In this document: one piece after another, positions 1-10,431 of the stretch
Position numbering within the stretch: position 1 is the stretch's first letter
How the letters are laid out: every line of letters starts with the position of its first letter
Virus record (IMG/VR): IMGVR_UViG_3300047160_036266
Coordinates: 32,001 to 96,000 of that record
DNA length: 64,000 nucleotides
Reading direction: 5' to 3' (one strand)
From: a virus
Taxonomy: Duplodnaviria > Caudoviricetes
Notes under the pieces: generated by a model
Seen by the model: only the letters and a program-made list of their open reading frames with translations
The model's database searches: none
What the model was told of the DNA's origin: nothing
Position numbers and translations under genes: made by a program

Positions 1-32
1 TCCCGGATATGTAGCCCCCGTGGGCCGGTTCT

Positions 33-449
33 TCAGTCATCATCTTCCTCCTCTATCGAATGGGAGATGGTGCGCCTTTCGTCAATCAGCGACTTCATGG
101 CCAGCTTCCTGTATTTGCAATGAAGCCGCCGTACCTCGTCCTCGCTCAAGTCCTCGACATTTATCAGGCGGTTACTTGCTCCCTCCAGGGCGGCGATAAG
201 CTCGTTGAGCTTTAACTGCACCGCCTGCATCTCCTTATTCATCGTCCGCTGGATCAAGAACACCATCAGGAAGGTAATTATCGTGGTCCCGGTATTTATA
301 ACCAATTGCCAGGTGTCCGAAAACTCGAAGTACGGCCCGGTTATGAGCCAGATGACCACCACCATGAGGGCAATGAAGAAAGCCCAGGTGGTGCCCGTCC
401 ATTGCGTGAAAAAATGCGCAAACTGTTCGAGGTAGCCGAACCTTTTCAT
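33..449 (-). CDS. Low-affinity iron permease (Fet4-like) family membrane protein
   Basis: GTTWAFFIALMVVVIWLITGP..FSDTWQLVINTGTTIITFLMVFLIQ..QLKLNELI matches the family pattern. Start moved to ATG 449 (482 possible); the upstream part of the 33..773 ORF overlaps the HNH gene. Confidence 0.8.
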   Translation of the reverse strand: MKRFGYLEQFAHFFTQWTGTTWAFFIALMVVVIWLITGPYFEFSDTWQLVINTGTTIITFLMVFLIQRTMNKEMQAVQLKLNELIAALEGASNRLINVEDLSEDEVRRLHCKYRKLAMKSLIDERRTISHSIEEEDDD

Positions 450-465
450 GACGTATGTAAGCCAT

Positions 466-741
466 CTAAGCCCATTTCTCATCACCGTCCTCGGTAAAAT
501 GAAGCACCCAGAGCTTCTTCCCGGTGGACATATATTTCCCGTGGATTTTGATGCGACCGGAGTGGATTTTCCGGTGGCATTTGGAGCAGACGCAGACGGT
601 GTTGCGGTCGTGGTAGGTTCCGCCATTGGCCCCTTCGAGAATACGATGCACGTCGAGGAGGTTGTAGTCGTCCTCCCCGCAAAAGTAACAGACCTTTTCG
701 ACCAGCTTCTTGATTTGCTGCCGTGAATACCTCTTGCCCAT
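466..741 (-). CDS. HNH endonuclease, small
   Basis: CYFC..LDVHRI..GGTY..NTVCVCSKCHRKIH. Confidence 0.8.
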   Translation of the reverse strand: MGKRYSRQQIKKLVEKVCYFCGEDDYNLLDVHRILEGANGGTYHDRNTVCVCSKCHRKIHSGRIKIHGKYMSTGKKLWVLHFTEDGDEKWA

Positions 742-812
742 GAAATCCTATTGCGGAAATAAAAACGATACACTATATTTTAGTAGTTCAACCCCTTTTT
801 GGAGAATAGCAA

Positions 813-1076
813 ATGAAAACATTCCTCGGAGCTTTATTCGGCGTTGCCCTGGGCGTCCTGCTGGGCGGCGTCCTGTTGGTCTGGACCATCGAGAAGTGCC
901 CCTGGCTGCAACCGACCTTCCTCATGTGTCCGTGTGAGAACAAGCCTTGCAATTGCAACAAGGACTGCACCTGCGGAACGAATTGCACCTGTAACCCCGA
1001 TGGCCGGTGTTCGGACGGCTGCACCTGCAATAAGGGCGCAAAGGAAGAAGAAAAGAAGGAATCTACTCAGAAGTGA
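813..1076 (+). CDS. Membrane-anchored Cys-rich, metallothionein-like protein
   Basis: Hydrophobic N-terminus followed by CPC..CNC..CTC..CTC..C..CTC. Confidence 0.55.
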   Translation: MKTFLGALFGVALGVLLGGVLLVWTIEKCPWLQPTFLMCPCENKPCNCNKDCTCGTNCTCNPDGRCSDGCTCNKGAKEEEKKESTQK

Positions 1077-1687
1077 TCGGCTGGGGCGGCGTGGTCCATT
1101 TGGTAGAATAGGTAACACAGGGACAGTGAAATCACTGCGGCGAAGAAACACCACAGGGATATAAAGGCGTAGGACAGAAAGACATGAGTGATGATCGCCG
1201 TAACCACCGCCGCCCCACCCATCGCCCACAGAAAACGGTCCTTGGTGAAAAACACCGGCACCACCACGTTTAGCAGATAAACCACCCGCATAAATGGATC
1301 GTCGGCCAGCCCTACCTCATATTTTAGAGAATGGTTCACCACGCTTACCTGAATGGGATGGCCCGTAAGAAGAACGAACAAGACCAACCACCCCAGGCCC
1401 CAGGCCACAAAGGCAAGGGCCTCCAGTCGTCGGCTAATACAGTACATGCTCCAGGGAATCCAGATGGGCCAGAAGGCAATGGCGAAGAACAAAAAGCCCA
1501 GCGCCCCAGGCGTCTGGTAGCCCAACCACACAAACCCTTCACAACATTGCTGAATACTGAAAAACAACGGCACCAGAGCCAGCGGAACGTAATCAGGATT
1601 ACGGCGTCGGGCCACCCGCAAGCAATAAAGGCCGCAAGGTGCGAGGGCCGCTGCCACCGCAAAACTGGCCTCAGCCGACATACACAT
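1067..1687 (-). CDS. DUF6629-like multi-pass membrane protein
   Basis: MCMSAEASF..LALVPLFFSIQQCCEGFVW N-terminus and several TM segments. Confidence 0.6.
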   Translation of the reverse strand: MCMSAEASFAVAAALAPCGLYCLRVARRRNPDYVPLALVPLFFSIQQCCEGFVWLGYQTPGALGFLFFAIAFWPIWIPWSMYCISRRLEALAFVAWGLGWLVLFVLLTGHPIQVSVVNHSLKYEVGLADDPFMRVVYLLNVVVPVFFTKDRFLWAMGGAAVVTAIITHVFLSYAFISLWCFFAAVISLSLCYLFYQMDHAAPADHF

Positions 1688-3081
1688 TATTTGCCCCCAT
1701 TCTTCACCTTCTCGATCAGCCGGGAGGTAGACGCACCCTCCACCATTGGGGCCGTGAATACTTCCGGCACCATATTGTGGCCCACGATCTCATGGGGCAA
1801 GTAATCCCCGCCCTTCACCAACACATCCGGTTTGATTGTCTCGATCAACCTGCTGGGGGTATCCTCGTCAAAGGACACAACAAAATCGACCATCTCCAGT
1901 GCCGCCAGCAGTGTCATGCGGCTTCGCAGGTCATTGACGGGCCTCCCCGGACCTTTCAGGCGAGAAACACTCTCGTCGCTATTTACTGCCACCACTAGCT
2001 TGTCCCCTTTCGCCTTGGCGAACTGAATCGTGGCCAGATGACCCGGATGCAATATATCAAAACAGCCGTTGGTGAAGACAAGCTTATATTGCCTGTCCCG
2101 CAAATCCTGGGGGTGGCGGAACTTGGCAGCGATAGGGTCTTCCTGGGCCAACAGCAGATGCGGCGATACTGGTTCATTGTGTTTATTCTGCACATAGATG
2201 GCCCCGGCTTCGTAAGCTATTTCCACCGCCTCCGGCACGGTGAAGTCCCGCCCCAAGGCCATTGCCAGGAAGGCTATGAAGCAATCCCCTGCGCCTACCA
2301 CGCTGTTGACGTTGCTGGGTTTCTTCTTGGGCGCATATTTGAAAATCTCGCCTTCGATAAGACAGTTGACGCCCTCGCCACCCATCGTTATAACAACCGC
2401 CTTGCAGCCCAACTTCTTCTGGAAATATTGGGCCTGGCCGAACCAGTCCCGCCGGCCCTTGCTCAAACGGTGGGCCTCAAGGACGTTGGGTTTGAAAACC
2501 GTGCAACCCTTCCACTTTTCAATATCTTCCGCCTTCGGGTCCACGATGGTCGGGATGGTTGTCTGGTCAATAAGCGGTCGGAAGGCGTGGTCGGGGGCGA
2601 TCACGTCATCGAAGAAGCCCTTATTATAATCCGAGAACACGAACAGGTCCATCTGAAGAAGGCTGCCCATGATGTCCTCGTAGCACGGTTCGGCGTGGAA
2701 GTTGGGCGGGTCTTCCACGTCCCAGCGGGAGAGCGGGAAGTCGCCGTGATAGAACCGCTTCTTGACCGGCACTTGGTAGTCGCAATGGTAACAGTATTTG
2801 CTGTTGATACCGGCCTGATCGTATACCTGCTTGGCGTAATCATTCACCATCGCCACCAGATGAGCGTCCACATTAAAATGCCGGAACTGATAGGCCACGT
2901 TGGCGGCACCGCCAGGGAGAGCGTAACGCATGTCTTCCTTGACTGAGCGCATGACGGGGATGGGAAATTCGGGGCTGATACGGTTGACTTCGGTGTAGTA
3001 ATACTCATCCACCATGCAATCACCGAAAATGGCCACCCCCAGGCGCTTCAAGGCGTCTCTCTTCAAGAACTCCGCTATCAT
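1687..3081 (-). CDS. hldE: Bifunctional heptose-7-phosphate kinase / heptose-1-phosphate adenylyltransferase
   Basis: PfkB-type GD(C)MVDEY..PGGAANVA..DYNKG..VDPK..GAGD, then FTNGCFDILHPGH..NSDESV..KG..RP nucleotidyltransferase domain. Confidence 0.95.
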   Translation of the reverse strand: MIAEFLKRDALKRLGVAIFGDCMVDEYYYTEVNRISPEFPIPVMRSVKEDMRYALPGGAANVAYQFRHFNVDAHLVAMVNDYAKQVYDQAGINSKYCYHCDYQVPVKKRFYHGDFPLSRWDVEDPPNFHAEPCYEDIMGSLLQMDLFVFSDYNKGFFDDVIAPDHAFRPLIDQTTIPTIVDPKAEDIEKWKGCTVFKPNVLEAHRLSKGRRDWFGQAQYFQKKLGCKAVVITMGGEGVNCLIEGEIFKYAPKKKPSNVNSVVGAGDCFIAFLAMALGRDFTVPEAVEIAYEAGAIYVQNKHNEPVSPHLLLAQEDPIAAKFRHPQDLRDRQYKLVFTNGCFDILHPGHLATIQFAKAKGDKLVVAVNSDESVSRLKGPGRPVNDLRSRMTLLAALEMVDFVVSFDEDTPSRLIETIKPDVLVKGGDYLPHEIVGHNMVPEVFTAPMVEGASTSRLIEKVKNGGK

Positions 3082-5360
3082 AGTTTCTGAGCCTCCAAGT
3101 AGTCTCTGATATTATTGATGACCGTCGTGGGCTTAATCAACTCCATGCACTTCGGCACCCACTCGCCGTCGTCACGGACGACCGGCAGCACACAATAGTC
3201 CTCGTCAATGACATTATTCGGGTCCACATAGGTCTTCCAGCAACCTTTCGTCATGCAGCAGTCCAAATAACCAATGGTGTGGAACACCCTGGTTGTCGGC
3301 CAGGAATAGAAGTTGGGGGTTTCCCGACCGCCCGACAAGCACCAGTAAGGCTTGTTGAACGCAGCCTGGATGTGCAGCAACCCGGTGACGGACCCGATGG
3401 AACCAATGGCGTGACCAGCGAGAACGCACAGTTCTCGTATGGATGTGGAATTGACACGGCTGATAGCACCCTTCAGGTTGGGATGAATTGCCGGCACATC
3501 GGTATCGCCTATCTGAATAACCTTGATGCCCCGGTTCACAAGGAAATCCACGATCTCCTGGTAGTAGGGAGTGGGGTACTTCTTGGTCAGGGTATTGGAC
3601 CGAGTGCCAGCGTTAATCAGGATGAACGGCGGCTCGTAGGGCGGATTGTTCTTCTCCTGATCCGAGAGATAGATGTGCGGCTGCATAGTTGCCGGGTATA
3701 TGCGCACTCCCAACTGTTCGGTGGTGTCCTGGCAAATACCGCTGAGGTAGTTGTGGTTCGCGTCCACCATCGGGAAGTTCATCACCACGCGCGTGCCTTC
3801 GGACAGGGGAACCGTATCCTTGCTGTAGCGGAAAATATCGTCCGCTGCCCAGCCCCGCACTTCGACATTGAAACGACCCGGCCACAGGACGTGCATCGAC
3901 CGGACCAAGGCGCTTAAAACCACGAAATCGCCAAGGCCCTGGTAGCAGTCGATAATGACGTTTTGCGGCTCGCGCACGGCGTCAGCCTGCCACAACAGGG
4001 CATCGGCCATACCTCGTTCCAGCGGTTGATTCAGACCGCCGAAGAGCAGACCAGTTTTGGCGGTGGTCTTACCCGTCGTACTGCCCTTGTTTGCCATCAC
4101 AATGATGCGATTGCGGGTTAAGATGTCGCCTTCGGTCTGCGTCGAGTATTGCTCGACCTGGAAGACGACACCGAAGCCGTCCAATATCTTGCGGACCTTC
4201 TGCTGCTCTTCGTCACTTAGGGCCACGCGACTCATGACCTCGATGGCATTATCCTCGCAGCGCAACTGACAGACCCATTTCGTGACCTTGGCAATCTCAT
4301 CGCTCAGGAGATTGATGTTCTTTCCCTTGAGCGAGTACGGGCGGCTTTCGAGGAAGCGAAACTTACGGTACAGCCGCCCGCAGTCACAACGATGGTAGTC
4401 CTCACCTATTTCGCAGTTATCCCCATTCCAATACTCGATGAAGGGCGACGGGAAAGAGAAGTAATCCGTGCTGATGAGGCGGTTGCTGCCCTGCCGACAG
4501 TAAGCCAATTGATCCATCAGGTGATAGGTGCCGTGCTTGCACTGGAAGAAACCGGCCCCGCCATCCCAGCAGCGCATGTGGTCGCAAATGTGGTCGAACA
4601 GCCCCGCCTTCTTCAAGTATTCCCGGTCGGAGTCTAACAACATATTGCCGGTGTGACTCAACAGACCAGCCAGTTTACCCTTGAAGTTGGTGCGGCGGAT
4701 GTGGTGAATGAGCGAATGGAGGTACTGACTCATGATGGTCAGCACATCAAACTTGTGTTCGCTGATATATTCCAGCACCTTGTCGTAGAAACCCTCCCGG
4801 TCCCGGTCAAAGAGGCCGTGGTTCTGAATGACATGAACGGTGGGCCGGCGGGAAACGCCGTGTCTCTCGATCAAATCCGTGGGGTTCTTTGTCACCCACA
4901 CCAAGTCATTGGTCCAACGGTGGTTGAGCAGGAAGTACAGGATTTCCGGGTTCTGCGGGACATCGAACTCATCGAGGATCAAGTCGTAATGATTCTCGGC
5001 TTCGATGTGCAGAAAGGCGGGGTTCCACCGGAGGTACGAGAATGGATAGCCGGTGGTCGTCCCGCTGGTCTGCATCTGCGAAATACTGCTAAAGGTGGAC
5101 GTGACATACCAGTTCGGCTTGTCCTCCAACTCTTTCTTGGTGATGATCCCGTCGTGCCCTCGGTAGACCATCGAGTGCTGTTTGGCCCAGCGAAGGATGT
5201 TACCACGAAGGTGGTCGATAACCTGACGGACCAACTCCTCGTCCGCATACAGCAAGTCTTTCGCCAACGGCAAATACGCCTTGGCTACCTCTTGCGGGTC
5301 AGCATCCGGGGCGGTCCATTTCTTGAGATATTTGTCAAATGAATCGTTGTACGAGGCCAT
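3078..5360 (-). CDS. Fusion of PaaK/CapK-like adenylate-forming domain and GT9 (heptosyltransferase-like) glycosyltransferase
   Basis: N-half has TSGTTTG P-loop; C-half has QGLGDFVVLSAL, TKKYP and VTGLLHIQAAFNKP; one continuous ORF. Confidence 0.7.
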   Translation of the reverse strand: MASYNDSFDKYLKKWTAPDADPQEVAKAYLPLAKDLLYADEELVRQVIDHLRGNILRWAKQHSMVYRGHDGIITKKELEDKPNWYVTSTFSSISQMQTSGTTTGYPFSYLRWNPAFLHIEAENHYDLILDEFDVPQNPEILYFLLNHRWTNDLVWVTKNPTDLIERHGVSRRPTVHVIQNHGLFDRDREGFYDKVLEYISEHKFDVLTIMSQYLHSLIHHIRRTNFKGKLAGLLSHTGNMLLDSDREYLKKAGLFDHICDHMRCWDGGAGFFQCKHGTYHLMDQLAYCRQGSNRLISTDYFSFPSPFIEYWNGDNCEIGEDYHRCDCGRLYRKFRFLESRPYSLKGKNINLLSDEIAKVTKWVCQLRCEDNAIEVMSRVALSDEEQQKVRKILDGFGVVFQVEQYSTQTEGDILTRNRIIVMANKGSTTGKTTAKTGLLFGGLNQPLERGMADALLWQADAVREPQNVIIDCYQGLGDFVVLSALVRSMHVLWPGRFNVEVRGWAADDIFRYSKDTVPLSEGTRVVMNFPMVDANHNYLSGICQDTTEQLGVRIYPATMQPHIYLSDQEKNNPPYEPPFILINAGTRSNTLTKKYPTPYYQEIVDFLVNRGIKVIQIGDTDVPAIHPNLKGAISRVNSTSIRELCVLAGHAIGSIGSVTGLLHIQAAFNKPYWCLSGGRETPNFYSWPTTRVFHTIGYLDCCMTKGCWKTYVDPNNVIDEDYCVLPVVRDDGEWVPKCMELIKPTTVINNIRDYLEAQKL

Positions 5361-5389
5361 GCCCTATCAGAGTCAAGGGCTTAATAATT

Positions 5390-6067
5390 CTACTGCCGGT
5401 GGACCCCGCAGTTGTCCCGCAAGTAGAAATTAAGAGTGATCTTGCCGGTGTGGCACCACTTGATGTCCGGCACCCAGCGCTTCACCAAGTCCCAATCGCT
5501 GCACTTCGGGACGTAGCGCCAGCCACCGAACTTGAATATGAGATGGCGGCGGTGCATCATCTCGGAGGTATCAATGTAACCGGCTTCGGGCAGAGCGTTG
5601 TGCAGCCGCTCGTGTACGAGCTTGAGGTTGGTGTCAAATAGGCGCGTGCCTGTATAGGCGAGATCGCTTTTGGTGGCGGTGATAACCCGATACAGGCTCT
5701 CCAGATGGTCCTCGTCGTACCAGTTGTCATCATCGAGGTAGGCGATGAGGTCTTCGTCACTGTTGAGGATAGCGAAGTTCCTTGGCCCCCAACCCGACCC
5801 ACTCAAATGGATGGGTAGTCGGTGGAAAGAGAAGCGATGGTCCTCCTTGGCAAGCTGGTGGCCATATTCCACCGTCTCCTGGCAGGCATCGCACTCCAGG
5901 CAGGGCCGTTCGGAATAGAGCGCACTGCACGCCCAGCGGCAGCCGTCCTTCACGACCATGCAGTGAAAATCGGGATGTGTTTGTGCCTTTAAGGATTTGC
6001 TGGCCCGATCCAACCAATCCTTTGGCGAGTGGTATGTCGGCATAACCACCAGGATTCTTTCCTTCAC
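5390..6067 (-). CDS. GT2-family glycosyltransferase
   Basis: ILVVMPTY..VVKDG..GPRNFAI..YLDDDN (DxD motif); GTG start at 6067 after AGGAGG. Confidence 0.85.
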   Translation of the reverse strand: MKERILVVMPTYHSPKDWLDRASKSLKAQTHPDFHCMVVKDGCRWACSALYSERPCLECDACQETVEYGHQLAKEDHRFSFHRLPIHLSGSGWGPRNFAILNSDEDLIAYLDDDNWYDEDHLESLYRVITATKSDLAYTGTRLFDTNLKLVHERLHNALPEAGYIDTSEMMHRRHLIFKFGGWRYVPKCSDWDLVKRWVPDIKWCHTGKITLNFYLRDNCGVHRQ

Positions 6068-6241
6068 GGACCCTCCTGGTTCTCCTAGTCTGTGGTATCT
6101 AGGGAACCAGAGGCCAAAAATAAGGCTGCCCAAGCGAATGCCTGAGCAGCCTTGCGACAAGGAGAACCCGTCCTGGGAGATAGGGATGGCTAACAACACC
6201 CCCACAGGGAATCCGTCCGCCCCTTAATAGAGCAAGTACCG

Positions 6242-6418
6242 TCAATCTTTCCTCAACTCCGGCCAGAATATAACCAGGGCCAGGAAGAGACAACAGCCGC
6301 CGAAAATCAATGAGACATGGATCGAATTCGGGGAAAGGGGGTCTGCCGTAAGCTCGCAGGCCACCAAAAGGCTCACGGCGAGGATGATGAACAGGAAAAG
6401 CTTTAGTACAATCCTCAT
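6242..6418 (-). CDS. Small two-TM membrane protein (58 aa, not in ORF track)
   Basis: Translated by hand: MRIVLKLFLFIILAVSLLVACEL..HVSLIFGGCCLFLALVIFWPELRKD. Confidence 0.45.
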   Translation of the reverse strand: MRIVLKLFLFIILAVSLLVACELTADPLSPNSIHVSLIFGGCCLFLALVIFWPELRKD

Positions 6419-6544
6419 CTTTTCCCCCTAGATAGAATTTAAGGCAAACCGGGCCTCAGATCAAGGCGGTTCATACTTTCCTGGTTGTCTCATTCAAAAA
6501 CTATCCAGCGCGACTCTATTAGCGTTGGCACAAAAGGAGGGTTT

Positions 6545-7342
6545 ATGCACAAACTGTTCGGCGCTCTGCTGGCGCTCGCAATATTCATCACACCGGCCTT
6601 GGCACAACCGCAACAAGACCAGGATCAAGACCGGGGCCAGGCCCCACCCGCCGCCAAGGCACCGCCTGGCAATGGGGCACCGAAACCTGGCGCAAACAAG
6701 GCCGAAGGTATTGAGATGCCGCCGGACATGAAGGTAAATAACGATGAGGGATTCGTAACCCTCACCGCCACCTGCAAAGGGCCGGTCAAGTTTCTCGTTA
6801 TAAGTGCCAACAAGGTAAAATATATCAGCAACGATAATACCATCGTGGTGTCCATCCCTTGCACGGGCGGACTCATCACGGTATTCGCCATTGGCACCGT
6901 GGACGGCAAGCCAACGGATTTCGTGTCTACTAATATTGTGGTAGGGACGACTCCGGGGGCCACTCCCCCTGGGCCTGTGCCGCCTGGGACGACCCCGCCT
7001 GGTCCTGTGCCACCTGGAACGAACCCGCCCGCAGCAGTGAAAGGTCCGTACCATGTGACGTTCGTACTGGATTTGAACCAGACGACGCCGCAAATTGCCC
7101 AAGTGCTGAACAGTCAGACGCTCCGCAAGACGATAACAGACGCCGGCAATTTCTTCCGAATATATGATAAGACATCACCCATAGTGGGGCAACGGGGCCT
7201 GGACAAAGTAATGGCTCAGGTCGGTGGCACCAATGCTATGGTAGTGCAAACGGGTGACGGTGCGGTGGTGTCAGCCACGCCGATACCAAGCACGGAGGCG
7301 GATGTATTGGCCACCCTTAGAAAAGTCGGAGGCGTACCCTAA
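6545..7342 (+). CDS. Secreted Pro-rich protein
   Basis: AGGAGG RBS, signal peptide MHKLFGALLALAIFITPALA, repeated PPGPVPPG linker. Confidence 0.7.
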   Translation: MHKLFGALLALAIFITPALAQPQQDQDQDRGQAPPAAKAPPGNGAPKPGANKAEGIEMPPDMKVNNDEGFVTLTATCKGPVKFLVISANKVKYISNDNTIVVSIPCTGGLITVFAIGTVDGKPTDFVSTNIVVGTTPGATPPGPVPPGTTPPGPVPPGTNPPAAVKGPYHVTFVLDLNQTTPQIAQVLNSQTLRKTITDAGNFFRIYDKTSPIVGQRGLDKVMAQVGGTNAMVVQTGDGAVVSATPIPSTEADVLATLRKVGGVP

Positions 7343-7444
7343 ACCGCCATTATAACTTGGGCCAGAGCGCCCCTCCTAAAACAATTACAGCCGCCGAAGG
7401 ACCGATAAAGGTATAATGAAGGAGTAAGTTGAGGGATCGAGATA

Positions 7445-9169
7445 ATGAAGCTGTTGTTAAGTGCCCTCCTCGCACTTGCTATGGTCGTGGGCCTGTTGGT
7501 CATTCCCACACCGCAAGATGCGAAGGGCCAATATGCACAAGCGACGGAGGTACTTTATACACCCGATACTTCAGTAAAGTTTGCCCTGGCGGATTTGGCG
7601 AGCATTGACCCGTCAATCCAACCGTATATTCGTTACCTTTCCTTGTACAATGTGCCAAAAGTTCACCGCCAGAAGATCGGTGAAACGGTATCTTTCGTTA
7701 TAAACTCGCTTAGTACCCGTCGCCAAATCTACATTCCCGTCTTCGTCGGGGGCAGTGACAGTACGGTTATACGTCTCAACCTCAAAGATTACAATATCGA
7801 CCCCAAGCAGTGGGACAAGCTCGGCAAAGAGGGGAGCGGGGTCCGCCCATTCCCCGAACCATACTTCCACATCCTGCTCAGCGAAGCCAACTGCAACTTC
7901 ATGGACAAGAACGGCATCAAGTACACCAAACCGGGGCAGAAGGCCGAGAACAAAAAGACCGAGAAGAAGAAGGTCCAAAAGGAGGTCAAACGCCAAAAAC
8001 AAGTCTTCACGGGCTACTACGATCAGTTGCGCAGACCGATCTACGAAACAAGGACCGTCACCGAAACCATCGAGGTTGAGGAGGAAGTGCCAGTAACCGT
8101 GCCCGACGTGGTTGCCGGAGGCGCAATATTCACCCAGGCTCCGTGGTTAGACCCGGTAGCCATCTCCCAGCTAATGACCCTGTGCAACTCCGAATGTCCC
8201 ATATTTCGGGCGGACTGGTTCATCGTCAACGCCACCCTACCCCCAGCTTACTACAACTTCCTGGGCCTGGGTAAGAAGGAGAAGGACTTCGAGGGCCTGG
8301 TGTTCGCCAACGAGGAACTGGCGAAGAAGGCCCGCTCCCAATTCAAGGCCGTGGTCGTCCAGTCGATGGTGGCTCGGAATAACCGCACCCTGGTGCGCAG
8401 TCCAACCTTCACCAACGGCTATTATTGGGCCAGCCACGACGTTCTCAACAGCATCAATGAGAAAAACCTTCTCATCAACTTTCTCAACGAGAAGTTCGAT
8501 GCCAGCGAGATCATCGGCACCCTTCCCAACGGCCTCCAGGCGTATTTCGTCTCGGACGGCAAAGGCAACCGTCTGGACTTCGCCAACCCCGACGTGGCCA
8601 TCGACAATACCGCCGTGGACCGGATTGTGCGGACAGGGCGAAGCTGCATGGTCTGCCACGCCGAAGGCATCAAGCCCATCGAAGACAATATCCGCCTCCT
8701 CAACAGAAAGCTCACCAACCTGGAGAGCGTGCGGCTCATGGTCACGGACGAGGAACAGGCGTATCAGGTAGTCGATCTGTTCGGTTCGGACCTGGATAAA
8801 CAGATCGTCAAGGACCAGCAAATATATCATGACGCCATCGGCCTGACCAACGGACTCAATGCCCCCGACAACGGCAAGCAGTTCGGTATCATATGGGACG
8901 CCTACCAGGAGTGGAATCTCACCAAGGAAGTGATCTGTAGGGAATGCGTCTGCACTCCCCAGCAGTTGGAATCGTACATCCGCATGTCGAACGATCCCAT
9001 TATGCTAGGACTCATCAAGCTACCTATACGTCCCGTGCGTAGGGACCAGTTTGAACAATCCTACGGAGCATTCATGCTCTTGATACAGGTGGCCAGGGCG
9101 CAGGGCGGTGTCCCAGCGGTAACACCCGCCACGCCGCCAGCCGTGCCAATCTTCACGCCAAAAAAGTAA
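7445..9169 (+). CDS. Secreted protein with c-type heme-binding motif
   Basis: Signal peptide; CMVCH at 8645-8659; TATAAT and GGAG upstream. Confidence 0.6.
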   Translation: MKLLLSALLALAMVVGLLVIPTPQDAKGQYAQATEVLYTPDTSVKFALADLASIDPSIQPYIRYLSLYNVPKVHRQKIGETVSFVINSLSTRRQIYIPVFVGGSDSTVIRLNLKDYNIDPKQWDKLGKEGSGVRPFPEPYFHILLSEANCNFMDKNGIKYTKPGQKAENKKTEKKKVQKEVKRQKQVFTGYYDQLRRPIYETRTVTETIEVEEEVPVTVPDVVAGGAIFTQAPWLDPVAISQLMTLCNSECPIFRADWFIVNATLPPAYYNFLGLGKKEKDFEGLVFANEELAKKARSQFKAVVVQSMVARNNRTLVRSPTFTNGYYWASHDVLNSINEKNLLINFLNEKFDASEIIGTLPNGLQAYFVSDGKGNRLDFANPDVAIDNTAVDRIVRTGRSCMVCHAEGIKPIEDNIRLLNRKLTNLESVRLMVTDEEQAYQVVDLFGSDLDKQIVKDQQIYHDAIGLTNGLNAPDNGKQFGIIWDAYQEWNLTKEVICRECVCTPQQLESYIRMSNDPIMLGLIKLPIRPVRRDQFEQSYGAFMLLIQVARAQGGVPAVTPATPPAVPIFTPKK

Positions 9170-9246
9170 TGCGGCCCTTGAAAAAACGATAACTAAAACT
9201 CTATTACTGGACCTGCGGCCCTATTGCGCTGCCGGGAAAGGAAATA

Positions 9247-10431
9247 ATGAAAGGTAAAATTCTAGGTTGCCTTCTGGCACTTATTGCCCTTACGTTCGTA
9301 GTTTCACCCGCCTTTGGGCAGTGCAGAGGCCGTCGCTGCGGATACCCATGCAGTAGTCCCGTCTATGTCCCACAAAACTTCACCCCCGTAGTTTCTTACC
9401 CCGTGAAAGAAAAGGTCATTGTAAAAGAAGTCATCACGCCGGTGGAAGTCCCGGTCGCTGTGCCCGTGGTGGTGCCGGCCTTCACATTCCAATATGTGCC
9501 GCCGCCGGCCCCAATTATAGCCCAACAGGCCGCACCCGTGAGTGTTGCGCCGCCACCACAGTACATGGCACCACCGCCTGCCCAATACGCTGCCCCGCCA
9601 GCACCCTGTCCGCCCGGCTATGCGGCACCGCCCGTCAATTACGGTGCCTACGCTAGTGGACCGGGCCTCGTGAGCGGCGGCTACGCCGGCACATCGCCCT
9701 CGTTCAGTGGCCCCTATTCTTCGCCATACGCCACGCCGCCGCCGCAACCAGGCTATGCACCGCCCCCGCAAGGCTATGCACCGCCGCAGCCACCGCCAGG
9801 ATATGCACCCCAAGGCATGGCCCCTTCACCGGGCTATCCGATGGCAGCGGCTCCCCAGCCCACCGCTGCGGCTGGAGTGAACTGCAATTTCACTGATGTA
9901 CAGATTAAGCAGTTGGCAGCCGCCGTTCTGGCAGAAATGTACCGGCAGAGCGGGCCGGGACCAAGCTCAACCCCAGGTGCGGCTCCCTCAGACAGCGGCC
10001 CGCCACCTGTTACGGGCATTGCACCGCCCGCCGGAACGATGCCAGGTCCACCGTCCGCCTCCCCAGCCGCCGGAACGCCCGGCACTGGTCCGGGCGGCTA
10101 TCCTGCTGTTACGCCTCCCCCGCCGCCGGCGCAGCCTAGCTCTTATCCGCCAACAACGGCGGCTCCGGTGAGCGGGAGGCCGTTACCCAACAGTCCCTAT
10201 GCCGTCAACGCCATCGCCGCCCTCAGCCGCAACTGTGCCTATTGTCACACGGGCGGCGGGGCGCGTGGCGATACGGTCATCTTCTTGCAACCGGGTATCC
10301 TGAACCCAGACGCACCCTTTCGCAGCATGGAAAGGGAAATGCAGGCCGGACGAATGCCACCAAGAAACTCTCAATTCCGTCCCAGCCCCGAAGAATACGG
10401 TCTAATCATGGCCTGGCTCTCGGGCCAATAA
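9247..10431 (+). CDS. Secreted Pro-rich protein with C-terminal cytochrome c domain
   Basis: Signal peptide; CAYCH at 10234-10248; distal GRMPP (likely axial Met) and final helix ..LIMAWL. Confidence 0.7.
   Translation: MKGKILGCLLALIALTFVVSPAFGQCRGRRCGYPCSSPVYVPQNFTPVVSYPVKEKVIVKEVITPVEVPVAVPVVVPAFTFQYVPPPAPIIAQQAAPVSVAPPPQYMAPPPAQYAAPPAPCPPGYAAPPVNYGAYASGPGLVSGGYAGTSPSFSGPYSSPYATPPPQPGYAPPPQGYAPPQPPPGYAPQGMAPSPGYPMAAAPQPTAAAGVNCNFTDVQIKQLAAAVLAEMYRQSGPGPSSTPGAAPSDSGPPPVTGIAPPAGTMPGPPSASPAAGTPGTGPGGYPAVTPPPPPAQPSSYPPTTAAPVSGRPLPNSPYAVNAIAALSRNCAYCHTGGGARGDTVIFLQPGILNPDAPFRSMEREMQAGRMPPRNSQFRPSPEEYGLIMAWLSGQ

Noticed and set aside
450-773. N-terminal extension of ORF 33..773
   Set aside because: It overlaps the HNH gene on the same strand in another frame; family similarity starts only near 449.
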